Source: Trypanosoma brucei (Eukaryota). Taken from it: a stretch of DNA of 64,000 nt. The notes beneath the pieces are model-generated. The model saw only the letters and a program-made list of their open reading frames with translations, made no database searches and was not told where the DNA came from. The first letter of the stretch is position 1; the number at the start of each line of letters is the position of its first letter. Positions 54,777-64,000 of this stretch are shown here, one piece after another. The position numbers were made by a program, and so were the translations under genes. The stretch is from NCBI GenBank assembly GCA_000002445.1, contig CM000207.1, positions 672,001-736,000 on the forward strand, in the 5' to 3' direction.

Positions 54777-56432
54777 ATGAGTGTCACCGGCTTCGGTGAT
54801 GTTGTTGTATCTTTTGATGCGGAAGGTGTTGTAGTTGTTGGGCTAACTTATGAGCGTTCAAATGCGACACAGTGGTTGCTGCTCCCGGAAATTCCCGTTG
54901 AAGTCCCTCTTGTTAAGGTTCTTCGTGATCTTGAGGAATCTGGTGCTTCTCGACAACGGTCACCTGGTCGAATGAGGGGAGAAGGAGTTAAAGGAGATGT
55001 TTGTTTGCCAGACAGTGAAGTTGGATCACCTTGTAACGCGTGCGGTGTTAATAACATTCGTAGTGATTGTTGCATTTCTGTTGCTCGTGTGGGGCACATT
55101 CCGGAACGAAATCGCGCATACTGTTTGCTTTTGGAGTTGTCATCTTCTTCTGATGCCGCTGATGTGCAAAGAGATCTGCTGCACGTCGAGTGGGCTAATG
55201 GGCCCTTGTGTGCACCGCAGTTTTTGCAGTCCGTCGGCCGTATAATGAGGGTGGAGCATGAAGGGCGTGATGCCGCATGCGTGAGCAACTGCGCGGGTTG
55301 GCGGACACAAGTGTCTACGGACAATGCGGAAGATGTTTGCCTACGTGTCCTTTGCAGTGTGTCGTGCGGTGTTGATGGGGCGTCATCTCGGCGGCAGTTG
55401 GAAAGTGAAAAGGAGATATCTAGCGTTGCGCTCCGGAGAGACGCTCCTCTAGCACCGATAGAAGAGTTTTGCCCCATCTGCCGTGAGGAAATCGCATCTG
55501 GAAGAACGTGCGTTGTTACTATGTGCACCCACGTCTTCCACCTTGTTTGCCTCATGAAGCACTTAGAAGATGTTAGTTCATATTGCCCTCTTTGTCGTTT
55601 TTCGATGTCGTCTCTTGAAACTAAGTGCAACGCGTGTGGAACGTGCCAGGACTTGTGGAGTTGTTTAGTTTGCGGTTGGGTGGGATGTGGTAAGGGGCGG
55701 CACGGACATAGCATACGGCACTTCCACAGCACAGGGCACTCGTGTGCCGTGCAGAATAGCACTTCACGCATATGGAACTATCGCGCCAGCACATTTCTCC
55801 ACCACCAACTAGCTATGGAATTGGGTTACGAAGACGACGCAAGGGCGGAGCGTGCTGCAGCGCAGGAGGAGGGCAGGTCGGCCCTCTCTGTTCGTCACAG
55901 CGGGGAAAAACCCAGGGTCAGTGCTTCATCCTATTGGCGCAGTAGGTGGTGGTGGGACGAAAAGGAAGAGGAAGCTGCACAAGAGCTCAATGGCGACTAT
56001 GTGCGGGAGTATTATCTCCGTGTAATGGAGGAACTCATGCAGGAACAGGCGGACTATTTTGAGGGGCGTACAATGGTGGAGGGAGAGAATGCGGCTGTAC
56101 CCATCGGGACATGGAAGAAGCTGCAAAGCGCAGAACGGCGTCAACGGCGTAGTCTTGCTTCGAGGTACATTGCTGGTTTGCGCCGTATTGCGCTACACAG
56201 CCAGATGGCCGTCAACAATTTTGTGAAGCAGGAGGTCTTATGGAGGGATTCGTTGCGTGAAGAGTTATTACTCCAATCGCATACCAACCAAGGCCTGAAT
56301 GCCAGGATATCGAGCTTAGGAGCGAATATCGACAAGGCCAGACAGCGTGGCGAACAGCAGGTTGCGTTAAAGGAAGAGGAGTTAAGGGATCTGCAGGGGA
56401 GACTTGAGAGTTTGATGAGGGATTTGGAGTGA
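54777..56432 (+). CDS. BRAP2/ETP1-like E3 ligase: RING-H2 + ZnF-UBP + C-terminal coiled coil
   Basis: RING-H2 region: CPICREEIASGRTCVVTMCTHVFHLVCLMKHLEDVSSYCPLCRF. ZnF-UBP region: CNACGTCQDLWSCLVCGWVGCGKGRHGHSIRHFHSTGHSCAV. Track start at 54708 is TTG inside the shared repeat; the first ATG is at 54777, after the repeat boundary. Confidence 0.75.
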   Translation: MSVTGFGDVVVSFDAEGVVVVGLTYERSNATQWLLLPEIPVEVPLVKVLRDLEESGASRQRSPGRMRGEGVKGDVCLPDSEVGSPCNACGVNNIRSDCCISVARVGHIPERNRAYCLLLELSSSSDAADVQRDLLHVEWANGPLCAPQFLQSVGRIMRVEHEGRDAACVSNCAGWRTQVSTDNAEDVCLRVLCSVSCGVDGASSRRQLESEKEISSVALRRDAPLAPIEEFCPICREEIASGRTCVVTMCTHVFHLVCLMKHLEDVSSYCPLCRFSMSSLETKCNACGTCQDLWSCLVCGWVGCGKGRHGHSIRHFHSTGHSCAVQNSTSRIWNYRASTFLHHQLAMELGYEDDARAERAAAQEEGRSALSVRHSGEKPRVSASSYWRSRWWWDEKEEEAAQELNGDYVREYYLRVMEELMQEQADYFEGRTMVEGENAAVPIGTWKKLQSAERRQRRSLASRYIAGLRRIALHSQMAVNNFVKQEVLWRDSLREELLLQSHTNQGLNARISSLGANIDKARQRGEQQVALKEEELRDLQGRLESLMRDLE

Positions 56433-56978
56433 TGTTTTTCGGCGTCGTCTTGTCATCCCATCCCGCCCCCCTTCCGTATCATGCTGCGTCATTCCCCTTC
56501 GCCACTTATCAACACAGTCGTGTGCACTCCTACTGTTCTCACATCAGTCAGTGCAGCTTAGTTACCTCGTTTGGCTTACTTTGACTTAAGTACCTTTTTT
56601 TGTGCTCATTGCGGTTGCTGTATGACTGCCAGCTCTCAGATGTCTGGACTTTCCATTCTCTTTATGTTGACCCTACACACCTGCCCCACACTGCATTTCC
56701 CCCCACCGCTCCCTGTTTGCACCTTCCTGCTGTATGGGTGGTGTAAAATACCCATTAGCATTATAGCAGTTGGTGGCTTGTTAATAACTGAAGTTCGGAT
56801 TACCGTGGCGAGTAAAGGTTTCCGGTGATATTATGGTCGTCAAACGCCGTGGAAATGGCCGGTTAGGCAAACCTCCGACAGATACTGGAGTGAGTGAGAA
56901 CTCTACCGGTGGAACCCCACCCCCGGAGTCTGCTTCTCAACGTGGCGGGGCGAAACAAACTACGGTTGCTTCCGCGAT
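56268..56978. repeat. Partial third repeat unit, 3' part (BRAP2 3' end through the first 49 codons of the 361-aa gene)
   Basis: Identical to 42979-43689 and 49466-50176. Homology ends at 56978. Confidence 0.85.
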
Positions 56979-57018
56979 GGAGGTGCTTCCGTTTGTTTTC
57001 CTTTGGTGCCTTGATTAA
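56833..57018 (+). pseudogene. Truncated third copy of the 361-aa gene (first 49 codons, then unrelated sequence and stop)
   Basis: MVVKRRGNGRLGKPPTDTGVSENSTGGTPPPESASQRGGAKQTTVASA is identical to copies 1 and 2; it then diverges (MEVLPFVFLWCLD*). Confidence 0.7.
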
Positions 57019-58060
57019 GTGGGAACAGAAGGGCACATGCTGGTCGTCAGTATTTTTTTGTGAGGCCAAATTAAATTTAGTGTTTTTGTTCAGTGCTTTT
57101 TTTTTTGACTTGGAAGGTATTCAAAATTATGCTGGGGAGGTGCTTTTGTCCCTCTGCAGGAAAGGAGGGTGCTGACGCTTTTTGTATATTATGCGCTTGC
57201 TTGCTTTTGCCCACGTGGCTTGTGTTGGGTGAATAAATTGAATATCAATATTTGTGGCGTAATATCAACGTTTATGTGCCCTTTTTTATTGTTTTGTGAA
57301 GGAGCATATGACTCATTCCCCCCTCGCGTCTCCCCACCGTTGCATTGCCTTTCCAGTGTGTCGGTGACTGAAGCGGAGGTTTTGTCCTGTCTTTTATAAA
57401 GTTATTCCTGGTGAGGACTGGGTGGATTTCCGGTGCCTGTGTGCAATACCTATTTTCTGATGCGGGGTAGTGGATGAGGTTTCCACGCCAGCGGGCAGTT
57501 TGACTTTTCTTTTGCAATGTGTATCGATTGGTTATTGATGTGTTTTGCCTTGGTTGTTTTCTAGTTCTGAGAGCGTTATGCATTTTCCATACTTTTCGTT
57601 TCCTGAGGTGTGCACTTGCTGACCTATTGTGGCAACATGCGAAGCATCATGTTGAAAAGGTGTCATCGTTGAGCGTCGTATTTATTCGGTTCCCACCTGG
57701 AGCAAGATGACGAGTGCCCTCGTGGACTTACGGTGTGACAGAAGTGGTTGTTGCCGCGTGAGAAATACTTTGTGTGGAAATTGGTGTGAAGGTTGCCCTC
57801 GTAATGCTTAAATTGGCGTTTTGGGAAGATGGTAGTATCAATTTGTTTGTGTTATCTGTTAATGCCATTTTTTCTTTTTTGTGCGTCAAAGGTATCCGTT
57901 AGCGTCCCAACTGCCCCTTTTTTGTTAGCGATTTCCCCGCAGCAGGCTGTATGAAGATGGTTGGAAGCAACTGTTCCCCGTTCGTTGTTTTGGTCAACCT
58001 CTGCTCCTTTTATTTTTCTTCTTTAAACAAGTTGTTACGTGGTAGAATACGTGCACTGAT

Positions 58061-61000
58061 ATGGCATCGGAGGCAGCGTTATCGCTTCCTGCTGATGATG
58101 AAAAGGTGCAGGCGGATGCTGCTACTAATCACGGTACCACAACGCCCCCCTCTTCAGTAGAGACAGCACCAAGTACGGCCACTGGTGCTGTTGCACCGAC
58201 GGGTTCCAGCGAACGGGAAAGCAACGTAGTAATGCCCGCGGTTGCTGTTGTGCCCGCATTGGAAGCAAGTGAATGTCAGGTGCAAACAGAGCCGGGAGGG
58301 AACGACCCTATTACGTCTGGGGAGCTTTCGCTCGTTAATGACCATACGGCACCGCAAAAGCTGAATGCTGATGTGAAGTTGTTCTCGGGTGACAACCGGC
58401 CTTCAAAGTCGTTGGCTGCACCTTTCAGGGGCCCTAGTAATCGACCACAAGGAATTCCCCCTGGCGGCGGCACCCCTTTATGGCCCCCCAATGCTCCTCT
58501 TGGCCAAACTGTGATGTCGCTTCCGCATCCACCCATGCCTCCTCATCAACTTTATCAACCTCCTTTGATGATTCCAACACTGGTGCCGAATATGCATCCA
58601 CTGATGGCACCGTTCATCTCAGGCATGGCCCACGCCCCACAGCCGCCCCCGCCCCCCCCACCGCCGCCAGGGTTTGGACCCCCACCGGGTTCGTTTGGGC
58701 CACTGCCGTTTCCCGCAGCATTGAATGGACCTCTTGGCGCACCGCCTCCGCCCCTCATGATGCCCAATCCACCCGATTTGGCAGTTTTTCAACCGCGGTT
58801 CCCTGGTGACAAGATGGCGGCGTCGCAGTCATCCCAGGGTCCGGCGCTTTCGAAGCAAAAATCACATGTGTTGTCGGCTTCATCACCAAGTGCGAAGATA
58901 ATTGTTGGTAATGCTTCCCTTGCCGCACATGTGTCAAATGATCCGCCTAAATTCTCGTGCGTATTGCTTTCTGGAATATCAGCAGTTGGCAAAACAACAA
59001 TGGGAAGGGAGTTAGTTAACGAACTACAGGCAGATGGTTTAGGCTGGGTATTTTTTTCTGGTGCTGATTTCATTTCAGCTCCTACAACGAGGCGGGCCGT
59101 GTGGGAGACCACAAAGGAGGTATTTGATGCCCTGGAGAAGCAGCTGGAGAGGCTTCTTGACCAACAGAAGGAAAAGCGAGACTTGAAGGGTCTTGTCATC
59201 GACAAAAATGTGAAGAACGTAGAGGACATTTTTTATTTGGCGGCGCTGCTAAGATCGAAGCAGATCCCATTTGTTGGAATTGTAGGCATGGAAGCTGATG
59301 ATGATGAGGTGCTTCTGCAGCGCATGGGTGGCGAGCGGGAACTTCATGAAAAGCTAAAGTACCACCGTGTTATTCATTATAGGATCCGTAATTTAGCCAG
59401 GAAAGCGGCTATGTACCGAGAGATTGACGCCAACAAGCCGAGGCAAGAGGTTCTCAACGCATTGCGCACTAAGGTGCTGGGTTGTTGCGCCCAACCACCG
59501 CAGAATGGTATACTTTCTGATCTATACGTGAAATCGGCTTCCATTTCAATGGTTGATGACTATGCCGAATACTACACGGTTGTGACACAACTTTTCGACT
59601 TAATTAAACCATTGAATGGCTCTGCACACTTCCCCGGAACAACGAACTACGTTCCCTTGTCAACCCGTGATATGGCCGACAAGAATCGTGTGAGTGCAAT
59701 CAAGGAATCCTACGGTGCCCGTCGATTTAACAAAGGCACCCGCTACCTGCTCATGTATGATAAGGGGAAATTGTACCTGATTTCGACTCATCTTAGGGCG
59801 GTATTACGCCTGTCTCCCAAAGCGCTGTTAGGAGATAAGATGGCTTCGGTAACGTGCGCCGTGTTTGAGGGTGATTTAGTGAGAATAAGGGAGGACCCGC
59901 AGACCGAAATATTTCTTGTTTTTGACGTTCTCTTTTGGAATAATGCAGCGGATCCGGAGGGCAATGAGGTGACACAGATGAGTATGGAACAGCGTCATGC
60001 CCTTCTGAGCGCCCACCTATGCAGTGAAAGCAGTGCCTTCTCCCCTACGGGTACTGACTGCGTTGTGGCCTACCGAGCCACGGTAAAGCTTGAGGAGATT
60101 CCAAAACTTCTGGAGCCATGCGGTTTCCCAGGTGAGGGCATAATATTCCAACCCACTTCTTCGGTACACAATCTGAACAAAGTGTATTTGTGGCGACCCG
60201 CGAGCAGTATTTCAGTAGATTTTCGCATTGGTGCGTTGAGGGGGACACGAGAAGAGAGTGCTGTTTCGGAGAGCGGTGAATTGTGTGCGGATGCGGGCTC
60301 CCCAACGCTGAATGATTCTGCTAATCCCGGTGCCACCGCTGGCCAATCTCAGTCCCAACTGTCAAATAGTAGTAACCCGGCAGGGCAGAGCGCTGTGGGC
60401 TCCGGAGGGTCTAGCCATGTGCGTTGTAATGAAGGCGGTCCCACGCGTACCTTTGAGCTTGAAGTCTATGACAAGCAAGAAAAGGAATACACACAATTCG
60501 AAGACTGTACAGTGGATGTGAGGCACCCAGACGTGGTAGAGGGTTGCATATGCACTTGTGCGCTCGCGGACGAAAAGGGCCGTAAGTGGAGTTTCCAGAA
60601 TATCTGCTACGATGCGGTTCGTCCTGCATACAAGCGAGATGTAAGTTCACTGCTCGAGCACTCTATCATTCCAAAGTCCAAACTTCTTCAGTGGCTCGCT
60701 AGCGAAAAGATTACACCACCACTTCCAAGTGGTACAGTGCCACAAGCGGCGACTTCGAGTGCCCCACAGCAACAATTCTGGGAGGCGGTTTCGAATTCCA
60801 TTCGACAACCTCCACCGCATGCACCCCCGGCGTACGCCAGCGCCGTCCTCATGCAGCATGCTATGCCCCGACCAAACCCATCAGGGGCCCACGGCGGCGG
60901 CACAAACCTTGCAGCACTTGCAGAGGTAGTTGCCCCAACTGAAATTTCAAAGGGACACCAACCGGTGCTAACATCAACCTCTAGCGCGGGTGTGGGCTCT

Positions 61001-62005
61001 CCTCCCCGGGGGCTGTCAATTGGTCAACCACCAAGCTACAAGATGCATGGGCTTTTGCAGCAGGGGCTATCGACGTCACCGGGAACAAAGAAGGTTGTGG
61101 GAGTGGCACCCGACAACACTGTGGCTGCTGTTGGTGGCTCTTCCGCGGCGGGCGGCAGCGCAACGAACACGTATGTGGTGCAGTTGTTAACGTCAATGGT
61201 TCGCTCCGTACGCACTGTTCGTAAGGATGGGGTGGGCGACGAGTGCCAAAGTACAGCGGGTGCGACTCGACAGGAACAGCACCCTTCATGTGTCGATCGG
61301 TCAGACGGCGATCAGCACAGACGAGGGCACACTCGTTTTGATGATGTGAAGGATAGGAGGGAGCGGGGTCACGGGAAAATGCGGCGGGCCACCAGTGGTA
61401 CACCTGGTCGCTGTATGGGGTGTGGCAAGGACAAGCCAGCGGAGGAACTTCGCTTCCGCCCAAAGGACAATTTGTACTGCTATGACTGCTGGGCAGCGAA
61501 GGGTTGGGAAACATGCCGTGAGTGTGGAGAGTTTAGTAGGGGCTACCACGAACGCACGCGTGAGTGTGTGGGTGAGTTTTACTGCAACAACTGTTGGGAG
61601 AAGTTCAAGGAAGGAGACAACCAAAAAAAGGAAGGGAGGAAAGAAGATACCGAAAACCAACAAGGGGAGAGGAGGCGGCGAAGACCCAAGCGGCAAATTC
61701 AAACAGTAGAAGTGAAGGATGAAGGGGAGAGCAAAACTGCAAGCGATTTTACAGCGGAGGCAGCGGGGAGAGACGGTGCGGCGAAGCGGCGGGCGCGGCG
61801 TGGACAGAAGAACGACACCAAAGACCGTGCAGCTGTTGATATTCATGTTGGATGTGAGGAAGTTAGCGAAGGGAGGACCGCCGCGAACGACACGAATGCC
61901 GCGGAACAGGCACAGGAGGACGGCACGAAGTCAAATAAGAGGCATGGAGTTGAGAGTAGATCCAACAAAAGGCATAGGCGGAAGGAGGCAGTTAGGGGCG
62001 AATAA
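58061..62005 (+). CDS. Large multidomain protein: Pro-rich N-terminus, P-loop NTPase/kinase-like domain, capping-enzyme-like covalent nucleotidyltransferase domain with OB region, C-terminal Cys-rich zinc-binding module and basic tail
   Basis: ATG start. Walker A (LLSGISAVGKTTMG) at about aa 303-314. NTase-like motifs: FNKGTRYLLMYDKGKLYLI (motif I-like), AVFEGDLV...IFLVFDVLFW (motif III), EGIIFQP (motif IV), VYLWRP...VDFRI (motif V-like). Cys-rich tail: CMGCGKDK...YCYDCW...CRECGEF...YCNNCW at aa 1118-1179. Confidence 0.7.
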   Translation: MASEAALSLPADDEKVQADAATNHGTTTPPSSVETAPSTATGAVAPTGSSERESNVVMPAVAVVPALEASECQVQTEPGGNDPITSGELSLVNDHTAPQKLNADVKLFSGDNRPSKSLAAPFRGPSNRPQGIPPGGGTPLWPPNAPLGQTVMSLPHPPMPPHQLYQPPLMIPTLVPNMHPLMAPFISGMAHAPQPPPPPPPPPGFGPPPGSFGPLPFPAALNGPLGAPPPPLMMPNPPDLAVFQPRFPGDKMAASQSSQGPALSKQKSHVLSASSPSAKIIVGNASLAAHVSNDPPKFSCVLLSGISAVGKTTMGRELVNELQADGLGWVFFSGADFISAPTTRRAVWETTKEVFDALEKQLERLLDQQKEKRDLKGLVIDKNVKNVEDIFYLAALLRSKQIPFVGIVGMEADDDEVLLQRMGGERELHEKLKYHRVIHYRIRNLARKAAMYREIDANKPRQEVLNALRTKVLGCCAQPPQNGILSDLYVKSASISMVDDYAEYYTVVTQLFDLIKPLNGSAHFPGTTNYVPLSTRDMADKNRVSAIKESYGARRFNKGTRYLLMYDKGKLYLISTHLRAVLRLSPKALLGDKMASVTCAVFEGDLVRIREDPQTEIFLVFDVLFWNNAADPEGNEVTQMSMEQRHALLSAHLCSESSAFSPTGTDCVVAYRATVKLEEIPKLLEPCGFPGEGIIFQPTSSVHNLNKVYLWRPASSISVDFRIGALRGTREESAVSESGELCADAGSPTLNDSANPGATAGQSQSQLSNSSNPAGQSAVGSGGSSHVRCNEGGPTRTFELEVYDKQEKEYTQFEDCTVDVRHPDVVEGCICTCALADEKGRKWSFQNICYDAVRPAYKRDVSSLLEHSIIPKSKLLQWLASEKITPPLPSGTVPQAATSSAPQQQFWEAVSNSIRQPPPHAPPAYASAVLMQHAMPRPNPSGAHGGGTNLAALAEVVAPTEISKGHQPVLTSTSSAGVGSPPRGLSIGQPPSYKMHGLLQQGLSTSPGTKKVVGVAPDNTVAAVGGSSAAGGSATNTYVVQLLTSMVRSVRTVRKDGVGDECQSTAGATRQEQHPSCVDRSDGDQHRRGHTRFDDVKDRRERGHGKMRRATSGTPGRCMGCGKDKPAEELRFRPKDNLYCYDCWAAKGWETCRECGEFSRGYHERTRECVGEFYCNNCWEKFKEGDNQKKEGRKEDTENQQGERRRRRPKRQIQTVEVKDEGESKTASDFTAEAAGRDGAAKRRARRGQKNDTKDRAAVDIHVGCEEVSEGRTAANDTNAAEQAQEDGTKSNKRHGVESRSNKRHRRKEAVRGE

Positions 62006-64000
62006 ACAAAAAGGTAGGGGTTCCACACTTAACTGTCACGGTTATGTGGCAGGTTTATGCAGCAAGCGGTGACATTTGCCAATTTGTAGTGTGTTTCCCT
62101 CCCCCTCCCCCTGCTGAGGGGGGAAGGGGGAGGGATCCGCACGTTTTTTTGCGCGCATAATACTTCCCTTATTTCTGTTAGTGGACGAATGTCGTTTGCT
62201 TTTCGTGTTTTCTCAACCTGCAGGAGGTGGTGTGAAAAAAAAGAATTTCATGAAAGAAGCCATGGGGTAGCCCGTTATGAAACTTCTCGGCCGCCTAAGG
62301 GGAAGACAAGGGGGAAGAGAGCTTGAGGAGGGAGGGATTTAGGATGAAAAATGTGTACCATTTATTGTACAGGGTGCATCTAAATGATTGACGCCGTTGT
62401 GCGTTAACTCATTACAACAGTTGTTATCTTTTCATTCCCCCCCCTCCCCACTGCATCTTCTTTTGTTTTCCTCGAAAGGGGGAGTTTTCTTTCTTTCTTT
62501 CTTTTCATTCAACTCTTCCGTGACTGCCGTTACTTTTGGACCGCGCATGTCTCCCTCTACATACTGGAGTAGCGAGCGATGTTTCCGTTCCATATTTCCT
62601 CAACCGAAGGATGAAAAAAAATAAAAATAAAAAGAAATGGGCGAAACGATGGTGTGGAATCGATCCTTGATGCGGAGGGGGAAAGTGTGTGTTTGTGTTT
62701 TTGTTTGTGTGGAAGGTAAGATCGAAGCAGAAAAAAGAATAAGAAGGATAAGAAGAAAAGGAAAAAAAAAAGGATTAACAACCGTGCAAGGGGAACGATG
62801 ACATCTGCTTTTTTTTTTTTTTTTAATTTTCTTCTTACGCATTTCATTTCATTTCATTTCACTTCTGTTGTTTTTTTTTGTTTTTTGTTGTTGTCGCTCC
62901 TGTTAGACATCATTCCTAAAATTGCGCGGTGAAGTTCTTACGGTGTGCCGGGAAGTATGAAGGAGGGAGAACGGAACAGAAAGCGAGCGATAAAGCGAGT
63001 GTTAAGGGAGTAAGAACAAAGGGAAAGGAAGAGAAACAGAGAAATGTATGGGAACAAATAAAATAAGAGAAAAGAAAGGAAAAACAAACAAACAAACAGA
63101 GAGATGAAAGGATGCAGAGGAAAAGGAGGGGGAAAAGTGTTCCCGTTGTTGCCTACTTCCTTTCCACAATCCTCTTCTCTTTCTTCCTTTCCTACGTGTA
63201 CTATTTTCCCAGTGATTCACTATCATTTTTTCTTTTTCTTTTTTTTTTTTAATGGTTATTTGTTTTTTGTTCATTCACAAGAAAAAAATCATTTTCTTGT
63301 TTTTTTTTCCGATGTTGTTGCTGTTGTTATTGTTATTGTTATTGTTATTGTTGTTGTTTTGTTTTCGAGACAATCCCTACGGAGAATTATCACACCTCTT
63401 TTTTTTCTTTTTTTTTTTGTATCATTTTTTTTGTTTTTACAACCTAAATTATTAAAGGAGTGTGTGTGTGTGTGTGTGTGGAAGGAGGAGAGGAGGAGAG
63501 GGGGAGAAAGAAATAAATAGAATGAAATGAAAAAGTGAAAAAGGGGTTTAATAACCTCTTGTTCTTCTTCGTTTTGTTTTTTTTTTTTACAGTTCATCTT
63601 TACAAGGCTGCAGGCAGGGGAGATGAAAAGAGGATGGGATGAAACCCCCTCCTCCAAAAAACAACGACAAAAACAACAACAAAGACAATAATAATAATAA
63701 TAACAATATCAGTAACAGTATCCAAAAGATGAAAAGTAAACAAAAAATAATAAGAATAATAAATGAAGCATCAAGAGGGGGAAAGAGCTACCGTGCGGTA
63801 AAGTATGGAATACGGTGTACGTTTCATGCAGGCGCGCACATGTACTTATATGTGTGTATATTTTTCCTCATCTTGTTTTTTTTGTTTGTTTTCCATTATC
63901 TTTTTTTTCTTTTTCTTTTTCTGTCTTTTTTCTGTTTTTTTTTTCTGTTTTTATGTTTATATTTGCGTTACTTTTTTTTTTCCCTCCTCCTCTTTTAGTT
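62006..64000. other. Gene-free low-complexity region rich in T-tracts, A/G-tracts and several microsatellites; possible end of transcription unit
   Basis: No ORF longer than about 140 aa, and those present are repeat-encoded. Microsatellites: (GTTATT)n near 63311-63350, (TG)n at 63463-63480, (AAT)n at 63686-63706, (CATTT)n at 62836-62860. Confidence 0.5.

Noticed and set aside
1-64000. Prokaryotic-style interpretation (operons, defence islands, CRISPR arrays, promoters and terminators)
   Set aside because: Gene lengths, low-complexity eukaryotic proteins (kinesin, SNARE, WD40 Rae1, RPS7e, RING/ZnF-UBP E3) and the non-LTR RT all indicate a eukaryote. There are no Shine-Dalgarno-spaced gene overlaps, no regular short direct repeats with unique spacers, and no rho-independent terminator patterns of note.

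Overview
The window is not prokaryotic. It reads as one intron-free, unidirectional gene array of the kind found in a trypanosomatid (Trypanosoma-like) polycistronic transcription unit. Every credible CDS lies on the + strand between about 1 and 62 kb, and the intergenic regions are pyrimidine-rich with (TG)n, (CT)n and homopolymer tracts. The ORF track calls GTG and TTG as start codons, so several starts were moved to the first in-frame ATG.

Recognisable products:
- a CAYS-type monothiol glutaredoxin
- a GT11 alpha-1,2-fucosyltransferase (FUT1-like)
- a BSD-domain protein
- a kinesin-13 with an N-terminal SAM-like region
- an EEP-family (CCR4/nocturnin/PDE12-like) nuclease
- the Rae1/Gle2 WD40 mRNA-export factor
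- a mitochondrial pyruvate carrier
- a tail-anchored Q-SNARE
- a TMEM208-like membrane protein
- a Pol X (pol beta-like) protein
- ribosomal protein S7e (two copies)
- a nicotinamidase (two copies)
- a BRAP2-like RING/ZnF-UBP E3
- a 1314-aa protein with a Pro-rich region, a P-loop, a capping-enzyme-like nucleotidyltransferase domain and a Cys-rich tail

Structural highlights:
(i) A degenerate ingi/L1Tc-type non-LTR retroelement sits at about 19.1-23.4 kb; its RT ORF is interrupted and lacks an ATG.
(ii) A 358-bp perfect direct repeat flanks a 2.5-kb two-gene segment (24-27 kb).
(iii) A 6,487-bp tandem array runs from 41.3 to 57.0 kb: two full units plus a partial third. Its junctions cut through the Pol X-like gene and a 361-aa gene. 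In two units an RPS7 cassette has replaced most of the BRAP2-like gene, leaving a 3' BRAP2 remnant.
(iv) The last 2 kb is low-complexity and gene-free.

I found no CRISPR arrays, rRNA genes or obvious tRNA genes.
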